A DNA stretch of 64,000 nucleotides. It comes from the human T2T-CHM13v2.0 reference genome, Homo sapiens. Below the pieces are notes generated by a model. The model did no database searches and was not told the DNA's origin. It was given only the letters and a program-made list of their open reading frames with translations. The stretch lies in assembly GCF_009914755.1 (NCBI RefSeq), contig NC_060935.1. One strand, 5' to 3'. Of the stretch, positions 12,834 to 28,480 are shown piece by piece (within the stretch, counting starts at the first letter, position 1; every line of letters starts with the position of its first letter). The translations under genes were made by a program, and so were the position numbers.

Positions 12834-15091
12834 GTGCGGCCCGGGGCTCGGCGGGAGCGTCCGAGGCGAGGGTTCGGGAGAGGAGCTGCTTACCGAGAGG
12901 GGCGGCCGCAGTGGTGGGACCGGGGAGACCCGAGAGGCCGCCTCACTGGCGGAGGCGAGCGGGCCTGGGACTGTGAGGACCCAGGAGGTGCAGGGGGTCG
13001 GTGAGCAGCGAAGGGATCGGGCCCGGGCACCCGGACCCGAGTGTCGTCCGACTGGAAACGCAACCAGCCGGGGCTTTGCTTTCCCCTACGCCACCCCCGG
13101 TGGCCACCCGGAATTTCGCCCAGAGCCCCCCACCCGGGCCGTGACCTGGTCTGTGGCCTCCGCTCCGGAGCCCAAGTTCCGCGTCTTCCCTGCTTTCGGC
13201 TGGGGGTGGGGTGGGAGGGGAAGTCTCGGTGTTCCCAGGCTGCGCCGTGAGAGACGTCGCCGGCCCGAGGAGGGGACCGCCTGCGCTTGGGCTCCGCGGA
13301 TGGGGGATCGTGCGGCCCCCGTGACCCCGGCGCCCCTCCCCTGCCCGACGAGGAAGGGCCCCATGGCTGGGAATACCCCCACGGCCACTGTCCATCTCCT
13401 CTCCTTCCTTTTGGCCCAGGGTGTCTCTGATTTGGTGTCTGGCTAGCTTGATCTCTTGCCTGGGGCATTTCCATTTAATGCCCCAGACAATAGAACTGGT
13501 TAAAATGGTCATCTCTGCATTTGCACAGTGGGTGGATTGGTCTTCTACTTGTCTAGGGTTGTCACTGTACCAGGTGTGCATTCTGGCTGTAATACGCATT
13601 CTTTAAACCATATCAGATTCTGCCTCTACTCATAAAGCCCTCAACTGCTTCCTGACGGTGAATCCTGCACCCTCTTCATTGCACATTCTAATGCACCGCA
13701 CATACTCTCTCACAAGTCTCTGTTCTTACCTAACCCGCCCCCCTTCCTTCCACTGCCTCAAGCTGCTCTCCTCAGGGTCTCTATTTTAAGACGTGCAAAT
13801 TAAATACCTTAGAAGAACGGTAGAAACAAAACCATTCTTTAGAATAAAACCTAGTGGTTTTGACGTACTCTACTCTGCCTTATTGTAGTTCCTCCTGGAG
13901 TTTCATCCTTTTCCTGTTTGTTTGCCCTCCAGTTTTGGTCCTATTCTGCTTTTTCCCTTGTTAGTACGAATGTACTGGAGTTTGAGTGTAGAATAAAGTA
14001 GGACTTCTTTTCAGAATGACTTATGTAAGGCGAAGGGCACTTGCAAACGTGAGTGATTTTTGGAGTTGCAGTTGTACTTAGAAGTTTTGCTTAATCCCGT
14101 TTCCAAAAGGAAGGGGTATATGTCATTCTGTCTTCTTTACTTTTTGCCTTCCCCTGCTGGTCCTGAACCAGTCCAAATCTGACTTATCTTTTAGAATCAG
14201 GACCAAGGTCAGATATTTTCTTCTCACAGATTTACCAGTTAGCAATTTAGATTGTTTGTAATGATAATGATAACTTGACTATAGTGATATTGTTAAATCT
14301 TAATCTGATCCCAGCATTTTTTAAAATGAAGAAATTGGTTCCATTCCTCTGAAGAGCCATGGCCTATGCCATGCCATTTCCCTTTAAGTTACATAAAAGA
14401 AGGCATTTTAAATGCATGTTTTATGAGTCCTTGCTTAATGACTTTCTAAAAACAAACAAATTGTGAGTTATAGAGAGGTTCTACAAAACTTTTGAACTGT
14501 AGTATATCGTGTGGTTGAATTCCAAATCCATCAGTTCTTAATATTTTTTTCTCATCAGCTCTTACTGGGATTAATAGCAAGATTTAATTAAGTCATCTAT
14601 TATTTATCAGGTCAAATTTAGTTAATACAGTAAGAGCTGCTTAAGTGGAGTGATTGACACTTTGAGGTTGACAATTCAAATGGTGTCCGTTTTAAACTAA
14701 TATATCTTAAAGAGCTAGGGGGCACTATGGAGTAATACCGTGGTTTGGCTGTCAGAGTGAGATCAATGCATTCATTTGTAATTGGAACAAGCACCGGTCA
14801 GATCGTGAAAGAGGACTTAGATCCTAAATCGTGTGTGTAGTATATATGTGTAAAATGATTTACGTTAAAAGCTAAATGTTTAGTCCGCAGAACCCATTTC
14901 CCTGTGCTTTTCTAAAGAAGCTGTTATTAACATATAAAAAGAAATAGTGTGAATTTGAGATGGGTGAGGGTATCTGTGGTAATTTGGTGGGTGTGATTGG
15001 AGATATTAAGGTAGAGAGGGATAAGTGAAATGTCAAAGCAATCTTTGAACAGAAAAGTTCTCTGGATCTCTAGGTTGTAAAGTTGCTCTGA

Positions 15092-15613
<522 letters not shown>

Positions 15614-16966
15614 TGAATATGGTATAAAAATAATATCAGCAAAATATCACAATTATACTTATTGACGATAAAAGTTTCTTTATATACTATGCTTTAACAT
15701 CGATACAAGTTTGTGTGTTTTAAAACTTAGAGGTCTTTTTTCCCAAGTTTGACTCTGAGGCAAATTTTAGGGCTTAATCATCTATGTAATGAGCAATTAG
15801 GACCCTTTTATTTTTAACTGGTTCTTCTCTGTCTCTTGTTCTATATCACTCACAAATGATGTATTTCTACAGAACTTGGGAGATTCAAGTCTGTTTCCCT
15901 TTTAGGAAAAAAATAGTGGACAAAAGAGATCTTCGTTTTGGTCGAATCTATCAAACAGTTTAACATTGTTTATGAAATATAATTACATCATCATCTGAAG
16001 TGGTATTGTGTTAGATCTCGATGTGAATTTTGCATCCAAAGGGGAAGACAGGTGGTGGTAGAATCCAGCTTCCTAATACGCTTTGCAAAGGCTTTGTAGT
16101 ATTAGTTTGTGGTTTATGAATTAGAGATGCTAATTTTATAAAATTAGCATAATGGGAAAAGAATAATAGCATGTCAGCTGTTAAACTTTGAGGCAATAGT
16201 GGTTGCTTGTTTGCTATTCAGTGAGTGTCCTTGAGTAGTTTATTTTATCAATACTATACAGTATTAGGAAATAACTTTTTCCTTCTAGTTAGTGGTATAG
16301 CTAGTTTTTTGTCTCTTAAGTAAAATTCTAGAAAAGCCAATTGTATCCTTAAATGTTTTTGTATTCTATTTAAGAAACAGTTTCTTTCTTGTTGCTTTCA
16401 GGACAAAAGAAAGAAAAATAAATAAAGAAGTAGTCTCTTATTATAATATAAAAAATAAGAGTATAGTGAACAAAAAAGTATACATATAATTCCTCCACTA
16501 ATGGGAATAACCCATTCTTAACATTATGGCACTAGTCTTTTTATTTAAATGCATTTTTTCCATAGATGAAAGCACATGGTACATATATATAAATTATGTT
16601 CTTTTTTCTACTTAATATTATAACCTAGGCGTTTTGTTTATTATATATAACTTTATAAAAACATTTTTGTTAGCTGCATGGTGTTCTACCTTGTGGATGA
16701 ATATCGTTTTACCTAACAATTCCCTTATTAATGAGTATTATGTAATTTTCAGTTTTTGTTTATAGTAAATAATACGCAGTGAATATTTTTGTGCCTGTAA
16801 CTGAGTGTGCATTTTACATTTTTTTTAGGGAGGAGAAATTGCTGGTAAAGTCCTAAAAGGAAATTTCCTAAGTAACAAGGTATTATTTTTACATTAAAGA
16901 GTAGTGTATTTTTATTACCAAATCTGTCGTGTTTATTATTGAGAAATTTAAAAGTATAAATAGGAG

Positions 16967-17105
16967 GCCAGGCTAGATGGCTGACACCTGTAATCCCAGC
17001 ACAGTGGGAGGCCAATGCAGATGGGTTGCTTGAGGCCAGGAGTTGGAGACCAGCCTGGTCAATATAGCAAGACCCAGTCTCATTAAAAAGAAAAAAAAAA
17101 AAAAA
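16967..17105 (+). mobile_element. FLAM_C-like Alu monomer
   Basis: ggccaggctagatggctgacacctgtaatccc...gcaagacccagtctc plus polyA. Confidence 0.85.
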
Positions 17106-19327
17106 CTTACAAATAAATGAAAAGAATTCCCCATAAAATCACAACCCCAAAGATAACCATAACTAGTTATTTTCAGACCTTTTCTATAATAGATAACTTG
17201 AGTTTTCCTCAACACCATATACCTCTCATATTGCTTAGCTAAAGAGCATGTAAATGTATAGTCTGTGGAATCATAAAGATATTTCATAGAGGTTCTAAAA
17301 ATGACCTTATTAAAATGGCATGTGGGTGTCAGGCTGCTTACTTACCCTTAAGAGAACTTGGAATGCAAAACTGATAACAAGGACATTTTGAAAACTGTAT
17401 TTGTTTGCTAAAAAGCTTTCCATGTGCATTTTGGGGATTTTATAGTTAGGCCTAATTCTTTACCACCTTAAAATGTAAGATTTTTAAAAGGTTTTCAGAA
17501 TTGTTAAGGTATTAAAATTGCATTTTTATAGCAAAGTCAGAAACAAGAGAAAGGCATATTACACCCTGATTATGATGTTTCTTGAAGAGAACTCATTTTA
17601 AAAATACATTTGAATTTTCTATTTTGCTTTAAAATTTTAAGACTCCTTTCAGTAGTCTTGGTATTAATCTTGTACTGTGAAATATTCCAGATTTCAAGAA
17701 GCAACTGTACTATGTGCAACAGAAGGACTTGTTACCAAATAACTCAATCGCTAATATTTGTATCTAGTCTTATGTATGATCTTTAATTTTGTATTGAAAT
17801 AAAATTGTATTTGTCATGGAATATATATACTTTCATAGAATTTTTCTGTAGTTTTTGGCACCCCAGACAAATAGTATTTGTCAAAGTATTCTGCTAACTA
17901 TTGTTCAAAATGATCTGCTCTTTTTTGGGAGTGGGAACAAACATGCAAAATAAGAGTTGTGTAAATGTTTATATTCTGTAGAAATTTTAACTTTAACAGA
18001 GTTTAATGTGTTCTGATTTTAAACCCTCTGGGAAATACTATCTCAGTACCAGTCAATTAAGAAAACAATTATTTGGAAATAACTGAAACTGGCCTATCTT
18101 CTTGGATTCACATGATGACATTTGATTTATGACCCACTGCTGATGGCAGATTCATTTCCTTGGAGGCAAATGGGTTCCAGAATTCATTAGGATATCGTTC
18201 TTTCCGCTTTAATGTACCTAGTACCTCTTCTACCTTCCACCTCCATCTTTTCGAAATAAATTATATAAAACTTTCTTTATTCAGAACATTGGTGTAGAAT
18301 ACTTTCCCATCCTTCACAGAGAAATAGCCTATATATCCATTTTGAGATATTAGAAGATCGAAAGATAAACTTGGAAATTCCATCAGAAACTTCATTTTAA
18401 AAAAATTTTTAAATACTTTAAACAGATTAAGAGATGAATATTGGATGAATTAAACTGAGAAACAATACTAAAATTTATTTTAAGTTCTTCTTGAAAGTAA
18501 ACATAGTATTGATATGGTTTCCCCCAGTTATAGAAGTCAATGCATCTTCATTGTAAACATTGTTGAAAAGCCCAAAGAAGAAGATTAACATCCTTACTTC
18601 CACTCTCCAGACCCAGAGATAATGCCTGTTAATATTTGGTTCATCTTCTTCTAGTTATTCACATATATTTTATATGTATGTAATAAAATTGATGTCATGT
18701 ATGCATATAATCTGTGTTTTTTACTTAACATGTTGTTAACATTTCCGTAAGTTTGAAAACTATGTAAAGCATAGTTAAATAGTATTTGTGCATTTGACTA
18801 TCCATATTTTATTTAATCAATTTCCTATTACTGAACATTTAGTCTATTTCCATCTTCCTGTCTCTCTTTCTAAAATAATGTTTCAGAGGGCATCCCTCTA
18901 CATACATCTTTGTGCATGTATCTAATTATTTCCTCAGTGTAATTGCCTAGCAATGGAATTCTTGGGTCAAGGAGTATGTACATTACCTATCTTACGGTGT
19001 AGGATGCCAAATTACCCTCCAGAAAAGGAGTACCCGTTAATTTTCACCAGGAAGAACTCATATTTTGCAGGAATATTATTTTCTAAATCTCTGCCAACTT
19101 GATAGCAGAAAATAATATTCTTCACTACTTTTAAATTTTTTTTCTATTTTTATTTTTAATTAACAAATACATGTTTACATTTTGTTACTTCAATTTGCAT
19201 TTCTTTAATTACTTTGTACAGTTTTATATGATGATGATTTGCATTCCTTTTATAAATTTTTTTGTCCTTTGACCCATTTAATTGCATTGTCTTTTTTGTT
19301 GATTTGTTTAAATACTTTTTAAGATAG

Positions 19328-19765
<438 letters not shown>

Positions 19766-20344
19766 TAAATCCTAATGAGAATTTATTATTTGAATAATTT
19801 TAAAAGCCAAATTTACATTGGAAAAAAGTCTCCTTTTTATTTATTCTGAGAGGGTAACTAGAGAATTCTCTATTTTACTACTGACTTTTACTGCTTTCAG
19901 AAAGTCTTTCATTATAGACCACTCAATCACACTTGCTTTTCAATCAAATGATAGGCTAGTAGGTTGTAATTCCACCAATGATTTGTTGTATAAGCTGAAA
20001 GTTGTATTTATTTTTTAATTTCAAAGGTCTAATGTATGGTATGATAGAGCTAATGTTACTTGGTACTTCAGAAGGACAGTGTAGAATTAGTATATTAGTA
20101 ATAGGACTGGAGTAAATATTATCTAAGACAAGAAACACATGTTAATCCCTTGTAATTTGTTATTAGAAGAATAGCTCTTATTTGTAACTTCTTTATAAAA
20201 TCTCCAAAAGCTACTTTTTTTGGCTTTAATCTGTGGATTTATAGAACCCAAAAGCAACTTTTGTATATGTGGTTTCTTTAAATGAGATTAGTATTTCTTT
20301 TATGAGAAGTTAATTTGTTTTTCTAAAATCAAAGAGACAGGATA

Positions 20345-20640
20345 GGCCAGGCATGGTAGCTCACGCCTGTAATCCCAGCACTTTGGGGGGCCGAGGCGGG
20401 TGGATTGCTTGAGGTGACGAGTTTGAGACCAGCCTGGCCAACATGGTGAAACCCCATCTCTACTAAAAATACAGAAATTAGCCTGGCGTGGTGGTGCATG
20501 CCTGTAATCCCAGCTACTTGGGAGGCTGAGGCAGGAGAATCACTTTGAACCCTGGAGGCAGAGGTTGCACTGAGCTGAGATCGCACCACTGCACTCCAGC
20601 AGTGACAGAGCAAGACTCTGTCTAAAAAAAAAAAAAAAAA
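20345..20640 (+). mobile_element. AluS
   Basis: Full dimer with polyA. Confidence 0.93.
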
Positions 20641-21097
20641 GATAACAAACAGTTTGAAAAATGAAAAAATTCCATTTATTCATCAGTTTAACACTTTTTA
20701 CATTTCTGCTCTTACATTTAATTCTTTGTCCTGTATAAAATTTGTATTTTACATAGTTGTTACTTTCATAGTGTTTTTTAAAATTTCACATTGTTAGAAA
20801 CATTTCTGTATATATGGTCTTCTTAATATTTAAATCATAAAATAATATAGCCATTTTCTAAAGAATTTTGAAAATGAGAAAATGAAAACTAATATATCTC
20901 AGAGAATTAGTATATGATAAATAACTGTCATTGTTCTGGGTTTTTTCTTATTAGAAAAATAATACATGTTCACTGAAGAAAAATTGCACAGAAAAGTACA
21001 AAGCAGTTTTTTGTCATCTTTTTCTACTCATACCTTATGCTGAGACTGCACTGATATCTCAGTTTTCTAATACTCTATTGATTATATGTACACATAA

Positions 21098-21416
<319 letters not shown>

Positions 21417-22549
21417 TCAGATTATTTCCTTCAAATAACTTCTCAGAAGAGTCCTTAAGCTACATGGAATGGATGATTTTTAAGGTTCATAATAAAGACT
21501 ACTAAATTGCTTCCCAGAAAAATTATAATCTATTTTATATTCCTACTAACTATCTGAAACAAACATCTCACTGAACTTTAGCTGACCAGGTTATTTATTT
21601 TTTAATCTTTATAAATATAATAAGTGAAAATGGTATTTTGTTTTTAATTCATATTTCCCTGAGTATTTTGAAGTTGAATATTCAATGTTGCTACTTTATG
21701 TGGGATTTAGTTTGATAGTAATCATTCTAGTTTGTCCTAATGTTCTTCAGTTTATACAGGAAACCTTTATTCAGTCCTTTAGTAGAAGGAGTATTCATTT
21801 TTCTGTCATATAAATTTATTGAAAGTTTTTTTAAGATAATGTATATATAATGATTAGAGAGTTGAATAGATGAACACCACCAAAAAAGGGGATCTTTCCA
21901 TTCGTGGAGTTCCTTTCTTGACCTACTTTCTTGTTACCATGCAGATTTTGTCTCTTATACTATGTTGAGAACTAAATAAGAGAAGGGATATAGAGAGGAA
22001 GTTCCCAGAAATCTAAGTTCATTCTAATCCTTAAAAGGAACTATTGGAACACAACCCTTTTGCAAATTAAGGACTTTCAGTGCACCTTTGGGGAAATCCC
22101 CAAATACTTTTTTTTTTGTTGGTAAAATGTGTTCATCTTCTTCTTACATACCTATTAAATTGTTGAGGGTAGGAATCAAATCTCATTCATTTTTATATCC
22201 CAGGCATAATTCCTGGCACACAACAGATGCTGTGTAATGTATTACTACAAGACCCTTTGAAATAGTGAAAAGATTAAAGTTGGAGTTAGAAGGCCTAGGG
22301 TTTTTCTTCCTTAATTCATTAGAGCTTTAAGACCTTTGTTGATTATGTGACATTATTTGAACCTCAGTTTCAACTCATGAGTGTACTGCTTGTTTCATTT
22401 ACTTCACAGAATTGGGAAATAAATGAGATAAAATATGCTGAAGTATCTTTAAAAATGCTGTGCAGTTGTGAAAGTCATCACCATTGTTAGTATTATACAT
22501 ATTTCTGGGAAGTACTTGATAGAGAGCTCCATTGTTAAGAAATTACTTG

Positions 22550-22950
22550 GATGAGTTTGGCAGACTGCTAGCTGATCATTGAAAACTCTACTGTTTCCTC
22601 TTCTTTCTGGGCCTACAGCTGGACTGTTTCTATGCCACCCTTGCATTTAGGTGTGGTCATATGCGGAGTTCTAACTAATGGAATGAACAGAAGTAATAGG
22701 CACCACTTCCGGCCCTGGCCCATAAAATCACCCATGAAGATCCCTCAGAGTTCTTTTTTCCTTCTGTCTAGCTGGAATGGAGACCGCCTTCAGGTTAACC
22801 TTGGAAGCCACACATTAAAGATATTAAAGCCTCTTTGAATTTCAAAAGTCTGCATTCATCTAGTTCTGCTACGTGAGCAAGAAATAAACTTCTGTTGAGT
22901 TTGAATCATAAGTTTTGGGGTGTATTTGGTAAAGCAGTTAGAGTTCCCAT
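22550..22950 (+). mobile_element. Old MaLR LTR (MLT1H/I/J-like)
   Basis: cccttgcatttaggtgtggtcatatg...aatggaatgaacagaagt...ccacttccggccctggcc and aaataaacttct. Confidence 0.7.
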
Positions 22951-24115
22951 GTTACAAGGAACATGTTAACTCATGCTCTGCTTTTTCTTTAGAGAAGCAT
23001 AATCCTCTCCTGTAATAGCCTTAGAAACAAGGGATAGCAATGGGATAAATATATATATATATATTTATGATCATAGGATCATAGATGGATAAAGTCTGTG
23101 ACCCAAGATAAAATTGAAGGGAGAATTATATCATTTGAGTTATTTTGTTAAGAAATGTTAAATGAGATTTATAATTTTTATTAAAATTTAATTAGATAAC
23201 ATTTTAAACTTTTTAATATATGTCATATATTTTTCACTTTTTCATTGTTGAGGCCAACATTCCAAAAGGGTATAAAAAAGGAGCTTTCTCTGGGTAATAC
23301 CTTGCTTTAATTGATATTTAATATCTAAACTCTTTCATCCCATTAAATATGACACTCAAGATATTTACATTATAAAATTGTCTCATGATAGGAATCATGC
23401 TGGGTTTTTAAAAACCATAATCCCTTTTTTCCATCTTCTTCTATTAGATGGTTGTGACCCATCTCATTATAAAAGCTTTTTCCTGGGGGCAGGGGGTGCT
23501 GATATCTAGACTCACTCCTGAAATTGTAGGGTAAGACATTTTCTTCAAAATATGCATGTCCGTGAAACTTGATGTGATCTTCCTAAGGAATATTGAGGAT
23601 ATTCAATTATACACTTATCCTTTTATCTGGCAGCTGTTACCCAAAGTTACCCAAAATAATGGATAATAATGGATTGTATCATACTCTTCATTGAGGGGGG
23701 TTTCTTTAAATGTATTTAGGTTTGAGGTGGTCCAATAATATTTCTAATAGCGAGTATATAATATTAATCGTTCTACTTGCCTAGCAGTCAAAGTTTTACT
23801 TTCTAGAATATTTTCATTACGGTAATAATTAAAACACCACCAAACATAATGAAAAGAGCTATCACAGAACCTATGTACTTTACTCCCTAGAAAAGAAGCT
23901 TTTATTCTTAGGCGATAAATTTAATTTTATACATTATGTTTAGTAATCGGATTTCCCCTGGGAAGCTTGCAGAGTTCTACAATTAATTCAAATCAGGAAA
24001 CAACCTGTGGACAGCAAGTTAGAAATAGAGAAAGGTGAGAAGTAAAACTTACAGTAGAGCTTTAGGACATAACAGCAAAGGATAGAGCAGCCATAAAGAA
24101 AGAAGAAAAACCTTA

Positions 24116-24847
24116 CATTTGACCCTTGAACAAGGCAGAGGTTAGGGGAACTGACCCCCCTCGGGGGTCAGTTGAAAGTATAACTTTTTGACTCTCCCCC
24201 CATTTTTTTTTTTTTTTTTGACAGAGTCTCGCTCTGTCGCCCAGACTGGAGCGCAGTGGCACGATCTTGGCTCATTGCAACCTCTGCCTCCCAGGTTCAA
24301 GCGATTCTCCTGCCTCAGTCTCCCAGGTCAACCTGGGATTACAGGCACCCACCACCATGCCTAGCTAATTTTTATGTTTTTAGTAGAGACAGCGTTTCAC
24401 CATGTTGGCCAGGCTGGTCTGAAACTCCTGACCTCAAATGATCAGCCTGCCTCGGCCTTCCAAAGTGTTGGGATTACAGGAATGAGCCACAGCGCCCAGC
24501 CTGACTCCCCCAAAATTTAACTAATAGCCTACTGTTCACTGGAAGCCTTACCAATAACAGAAACAGTCCATTAACACATATTTTGTATGTTACATGCATT
24601 ATATACTTTATTCTTATAATAAAGTAAACTAGGGAAAAGAAAATGTTAAGAAAATAACAAGGAAAATACATTTATTACTCATTAAGTGAAGTGGATCATA
24701 AAGGTCTCCATCCTCATTATCTTCACACTGAGTGGGCTGAGGAGGAGGAGAAAGAAGAGAAGTTGGTCTTGCTGTCTTAGTGGTGGAAGAAAATTTGTGT
24801 ATCAGTGAACCCACACAGTTAAATCCCATGTTGTTCAGGGTTAACTG
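24116..24847. mobile_element. Tigger2a/MER28-like DNA transposon with a nested Alu
   Basis: TIRs catttgacccttgaacaa / ttgttcagggttaactg, both flanked by TA. Confidence 0.85.
24203..24501 (-). mobile_element. AluS nested in the Tigger element
   Basis: Full dimer; approximate TSD tgact(ct)cccc. Confidence 0.92.
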
Positions 24848-24907
24848 TAATTGTATGAACAGGAGACTGTGGGAATTATGTGAAATGGCAAGCTGAGTCC
24901 TATTTTA

Positions 24908-25426
<519 letters not shown>

Positions 25427-26318
25427 AAAAGTTACCTTGAAACAATAACATAAGGCTAAATTATGTTTAGAATACCCTTTGATATAACTTGAAGTACATT
25501 TTAGAGTTTTTTCAAAACAGATAATTAAAGTGGGGTGATTCCCAATTATCTGAAAAATTTATTTAAATCAGAATGCTTTATTTTCCAACCAAATATCTAC
25601 TAATTTTAATAAATTAGTTCTTTTTAATTGCATGAAAAAAATGTGTGTAATCATTGATTTCTGCCTACCTAGTCATTCACCTTCATATGTAATCCCTTCA
25701 AATTATTAACCTTGGAATTGTTTGGGCTCCTCTCTAGTTATAACAGAATGAAGTCACAGTTTCTGAAATAAAATTCCTTTTACAAAGTTAAATTTTAGTG
25801 CAGTTACTAACATTTTAGTTTTTGCACTTCAATTTTTAAAAGAAAGTCCAATTGTATTTTCTCATGTAATGAGTTTTAATATTTTATATTCAGCTTTTTG
25901 TCTGTATTCTTTGAAACTTATCACTTGCTTTTCTAGGAAAATAGTATTTCAGTGCAACAGAAGCTATCTTCCGAACTGTCTTCTACTTTGCTGATCATTT
26001 GTTTATAGGTACTTCACAGCAGGATAACTAGTTGATATAGCTACTAATTTAATCAAATAAAGATTTTATTTTTTCAGTTTGTACAGGAGAAAAAAGACAT
26101 TACCATTGTACTGAAAGAGAAACATGTTTTCGAATTATTCTTCATAGCACACTAAAGACACTGCCAAACAACATCTACTGCCTTACACATGGTATTAGTT
26201 TAAGAAATATTTGTTGAATGAATGAACATTGAATTTAAACTGCTATCATCAGTGTCAGGAACCTACAGGTGAAGTCTCATGTCATTTATTGACAGGATTC
26301 TTAACTAGAAAATGTTAA

Positions 26319-26480
<162 letters not shown>

Positions 26481-26691
26481 TGACTCAGCCTAACACTATG
26501 TCCATTCATTCCACAAGATAGTTCTCTATTTCGTATCATGATTTTTCTTCTTATATTTGTTTTTCTAATCAATGAAAGAAAATAAATGTATGCTATTTGT
26601 TACTAAGTACACCATTTTTCTATATTGTCTTTAAACTTAAAAATCAGAAATCTTAAGTCATCTCTCAGACTGCAAGTTGTTTTAAAAGTTT

Positions 26692-26962
26692 GCAGTGTGG
26701 GCTCACACTTGTAATCCCAACAGTTTGGGAGGCTGAGCAGGGAAGATTACTTGAGTCCAGCCTGGGCAACATGGTGAAACCCCATCTCTACCAAAAAATA
26801 TATATATACAAATATTAGCCTGGTGTGGTGGTGCACATCTGTAGTCCCAGCTACTTGGGAGGTTGAGGCAGGAGGATTGCTTGAGGTTGCAGTGAGCTAT
26901 ATCATACCACTACACTTTAGCCTGGGTGACAAAGTGAGACACTGTCTCTTAAAAAAAAAAAG
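26692..26962 (+). mobile_element. AluJ with internal deletions
   Basis: Degenerate dimer with polyA. Confidence 0.85.
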
Positions 26963-27566
26963 AAGTTTACAATGTATGATACGCTGCTTTTTAACTGCAG
27001 AGTTTTGGTGCTACTGCCTAATAAGGATGTGGCAGTTTTGCTCATTTAAAAAGGATACTGTATGTTTTATGAAAATACAACCACTAAACTAGTATATTAT
27101 TCAGTGACATACTTTGTCATACATAGGACTGTATTTATTTAATTATTTGGCTTATTTTAGTAGATAAAATAAATTTGCTTTTTTTAAAAAATCAACTTTG
27201 TTATAATAATTTTTGTAAAATAAATTGAACTCATTTTAAGTGTAAGCCATGGGGTTTTTTGTCATTGTTTTTCATTGTTTTTTGTAGCTTTAGGGGGTAC
27301 AGGTGCAGTTTTGTTACCTGGCTATATTGCATAGTGGTGAAGTCTGGGCTTTTAGTGCACCCACCAACCAGCCATGGTTTTTAAAAGGAGTGTTTTTCTC
27401 AAATTTTTAACGAGTAATTCATGTTTAAGAAGGATAATATAGTACAAAATATTGAAAACAATTATTTCTTAACATGTAGAATTTTTCTGTTGAAAAGCTC
27501 TTTTTAAACTGAAATGTTCCATTATCCTGGCCCATGACTTTGATCTCCAGAGTGTGATGTGTATGC

Positions 27567-27762
27567 CCATGGTATGCTGGACTCCGCCTGTACCGGCTCG
27601 TTGAGAGCTGGTTGTTAAACTTTCAGAAGCTTTGCAAGCCAATTAACATGATGTTAGTAGCTCAAAATCTGCATTGGTAGGAAGATTTACATCACAGAAA
27701 CTGGCTTACAAATCAGGACCTTTTTATTTTTTGTCAGAAAGCTGGTTTACTGGCACACCAGT
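27567..27762. mobile_element. MER63-like hAT DNA transposon
   Basis: ggtatgctgga...accggctcgttgagagctggttgttaaactttcag...ctggcacacca. Confidence 0.7.
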
Positions 27763-27970
27763 ATGTGCATTCAAATAGATTAGCACAAATGTGCTTGGGA
27801 GTATAAGAAGAAAATATCAGAACCTCTAGTTATGTTTATTTTTTATATTTGTTTTGTTGTGTATATTTTATAATGTACATAATATTTATACAATGGCACA
27901 TGTATGCAATGTGTGTTTATATATACATGTCACCATATGTGCCATGTGTGTTTGTGTATGTGTGTGTGTG

Positions 27971-28002
<32 letters not shown>

Positions 28003-28181
28003 TATATTTGGCAACTTTATTTTTAATGGATTCCCATAGGAATCATGTTTATTGTATTTTATTTTTTTTAGAGAGAGGGTCTCACTGTTGTTGCCCAGAC
28101 TGGCCTTGAACTCCTGGGCTCAAAGGATCCTCCCGCTTCAGCTAGGACTACAAGTGCATGACAGTGTGTTTGGCTCTAAAC

Positions 28182-28480
28182 CAGTGGTGCCCAACTTTTT
28201 TGGCACCAGGGACCAGTTTCGTGGAAGGCAATTATTCTACCTCAGCATTAGATTCTCATAAGGAGTGTGAATCCTAGATCCCTCACATGTACAGTTCACA
28301 ATAGGGTTCCTACTCCTATGAGAATTTAATGCCACTGCTGATCTGATGGGAGGTGGAGCTCAGGTGGTAATGGGAGCAATGGGGAGCCGCTGTAAATACA
28401 GATGAAGCTTCACTGTGTGGCCCGTTTCCTAACAGGCCACGGACTGCACCAGTCTGTGACCCGGCGGTTAGGAACCCCTG
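28182..28480. mobile_element. MER1 (hAT-Charlie MITE)
   Basis: Ends cagtggtgcccaac / gttaggaacccctg; 8-bp TSD ctctaaac/ctttaaac; internal inverted repeat. Confidence 0.9.

Larger units (their letters stand above)
12100..13400. promoter_or_regulatory. SIK2: CpG island / SIK2 promoter and exon 1
   Basis: Abrupt rise in GC and CpG density; GC boxes at 12213-12221, 12332-12340 and 12501-12509; spans the first coding exon. Confidence 0.95.

Noticed and set aside
12473-12976. Out-of-frame upstream ORF with a strong Kozak (gccATGg) overlapping the SIK2 start
   Set aside because: The ATG is the centre of the X-box-like palindrome and lies upstream of the CCAAT/GC/CRE elements, so it is probably upstream of the TSS; relevant only if CAGE shows starts before 12473
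12834-13004. Read-through of the exon 1 ORF to 101 aa
   Set aside because: Sequence after KTE is intronic; kinase homology resumes at 26361
13370-13379. NF-kB-like GGGGTATTCC on the minus strand
   Set aside because: A single degenerate 10-mer in GC-rich DNA with no supporting evidence
12055-13599. Many overlapping 100-218 aa ORFs on both strands in the CpG island
   Set aside because: Stop-codon scarcity in very GC-rich DNA gives Pro/Arg/Gly/Ala low-complexity products; only 12699-12833 has kinase motifs and a splice donor
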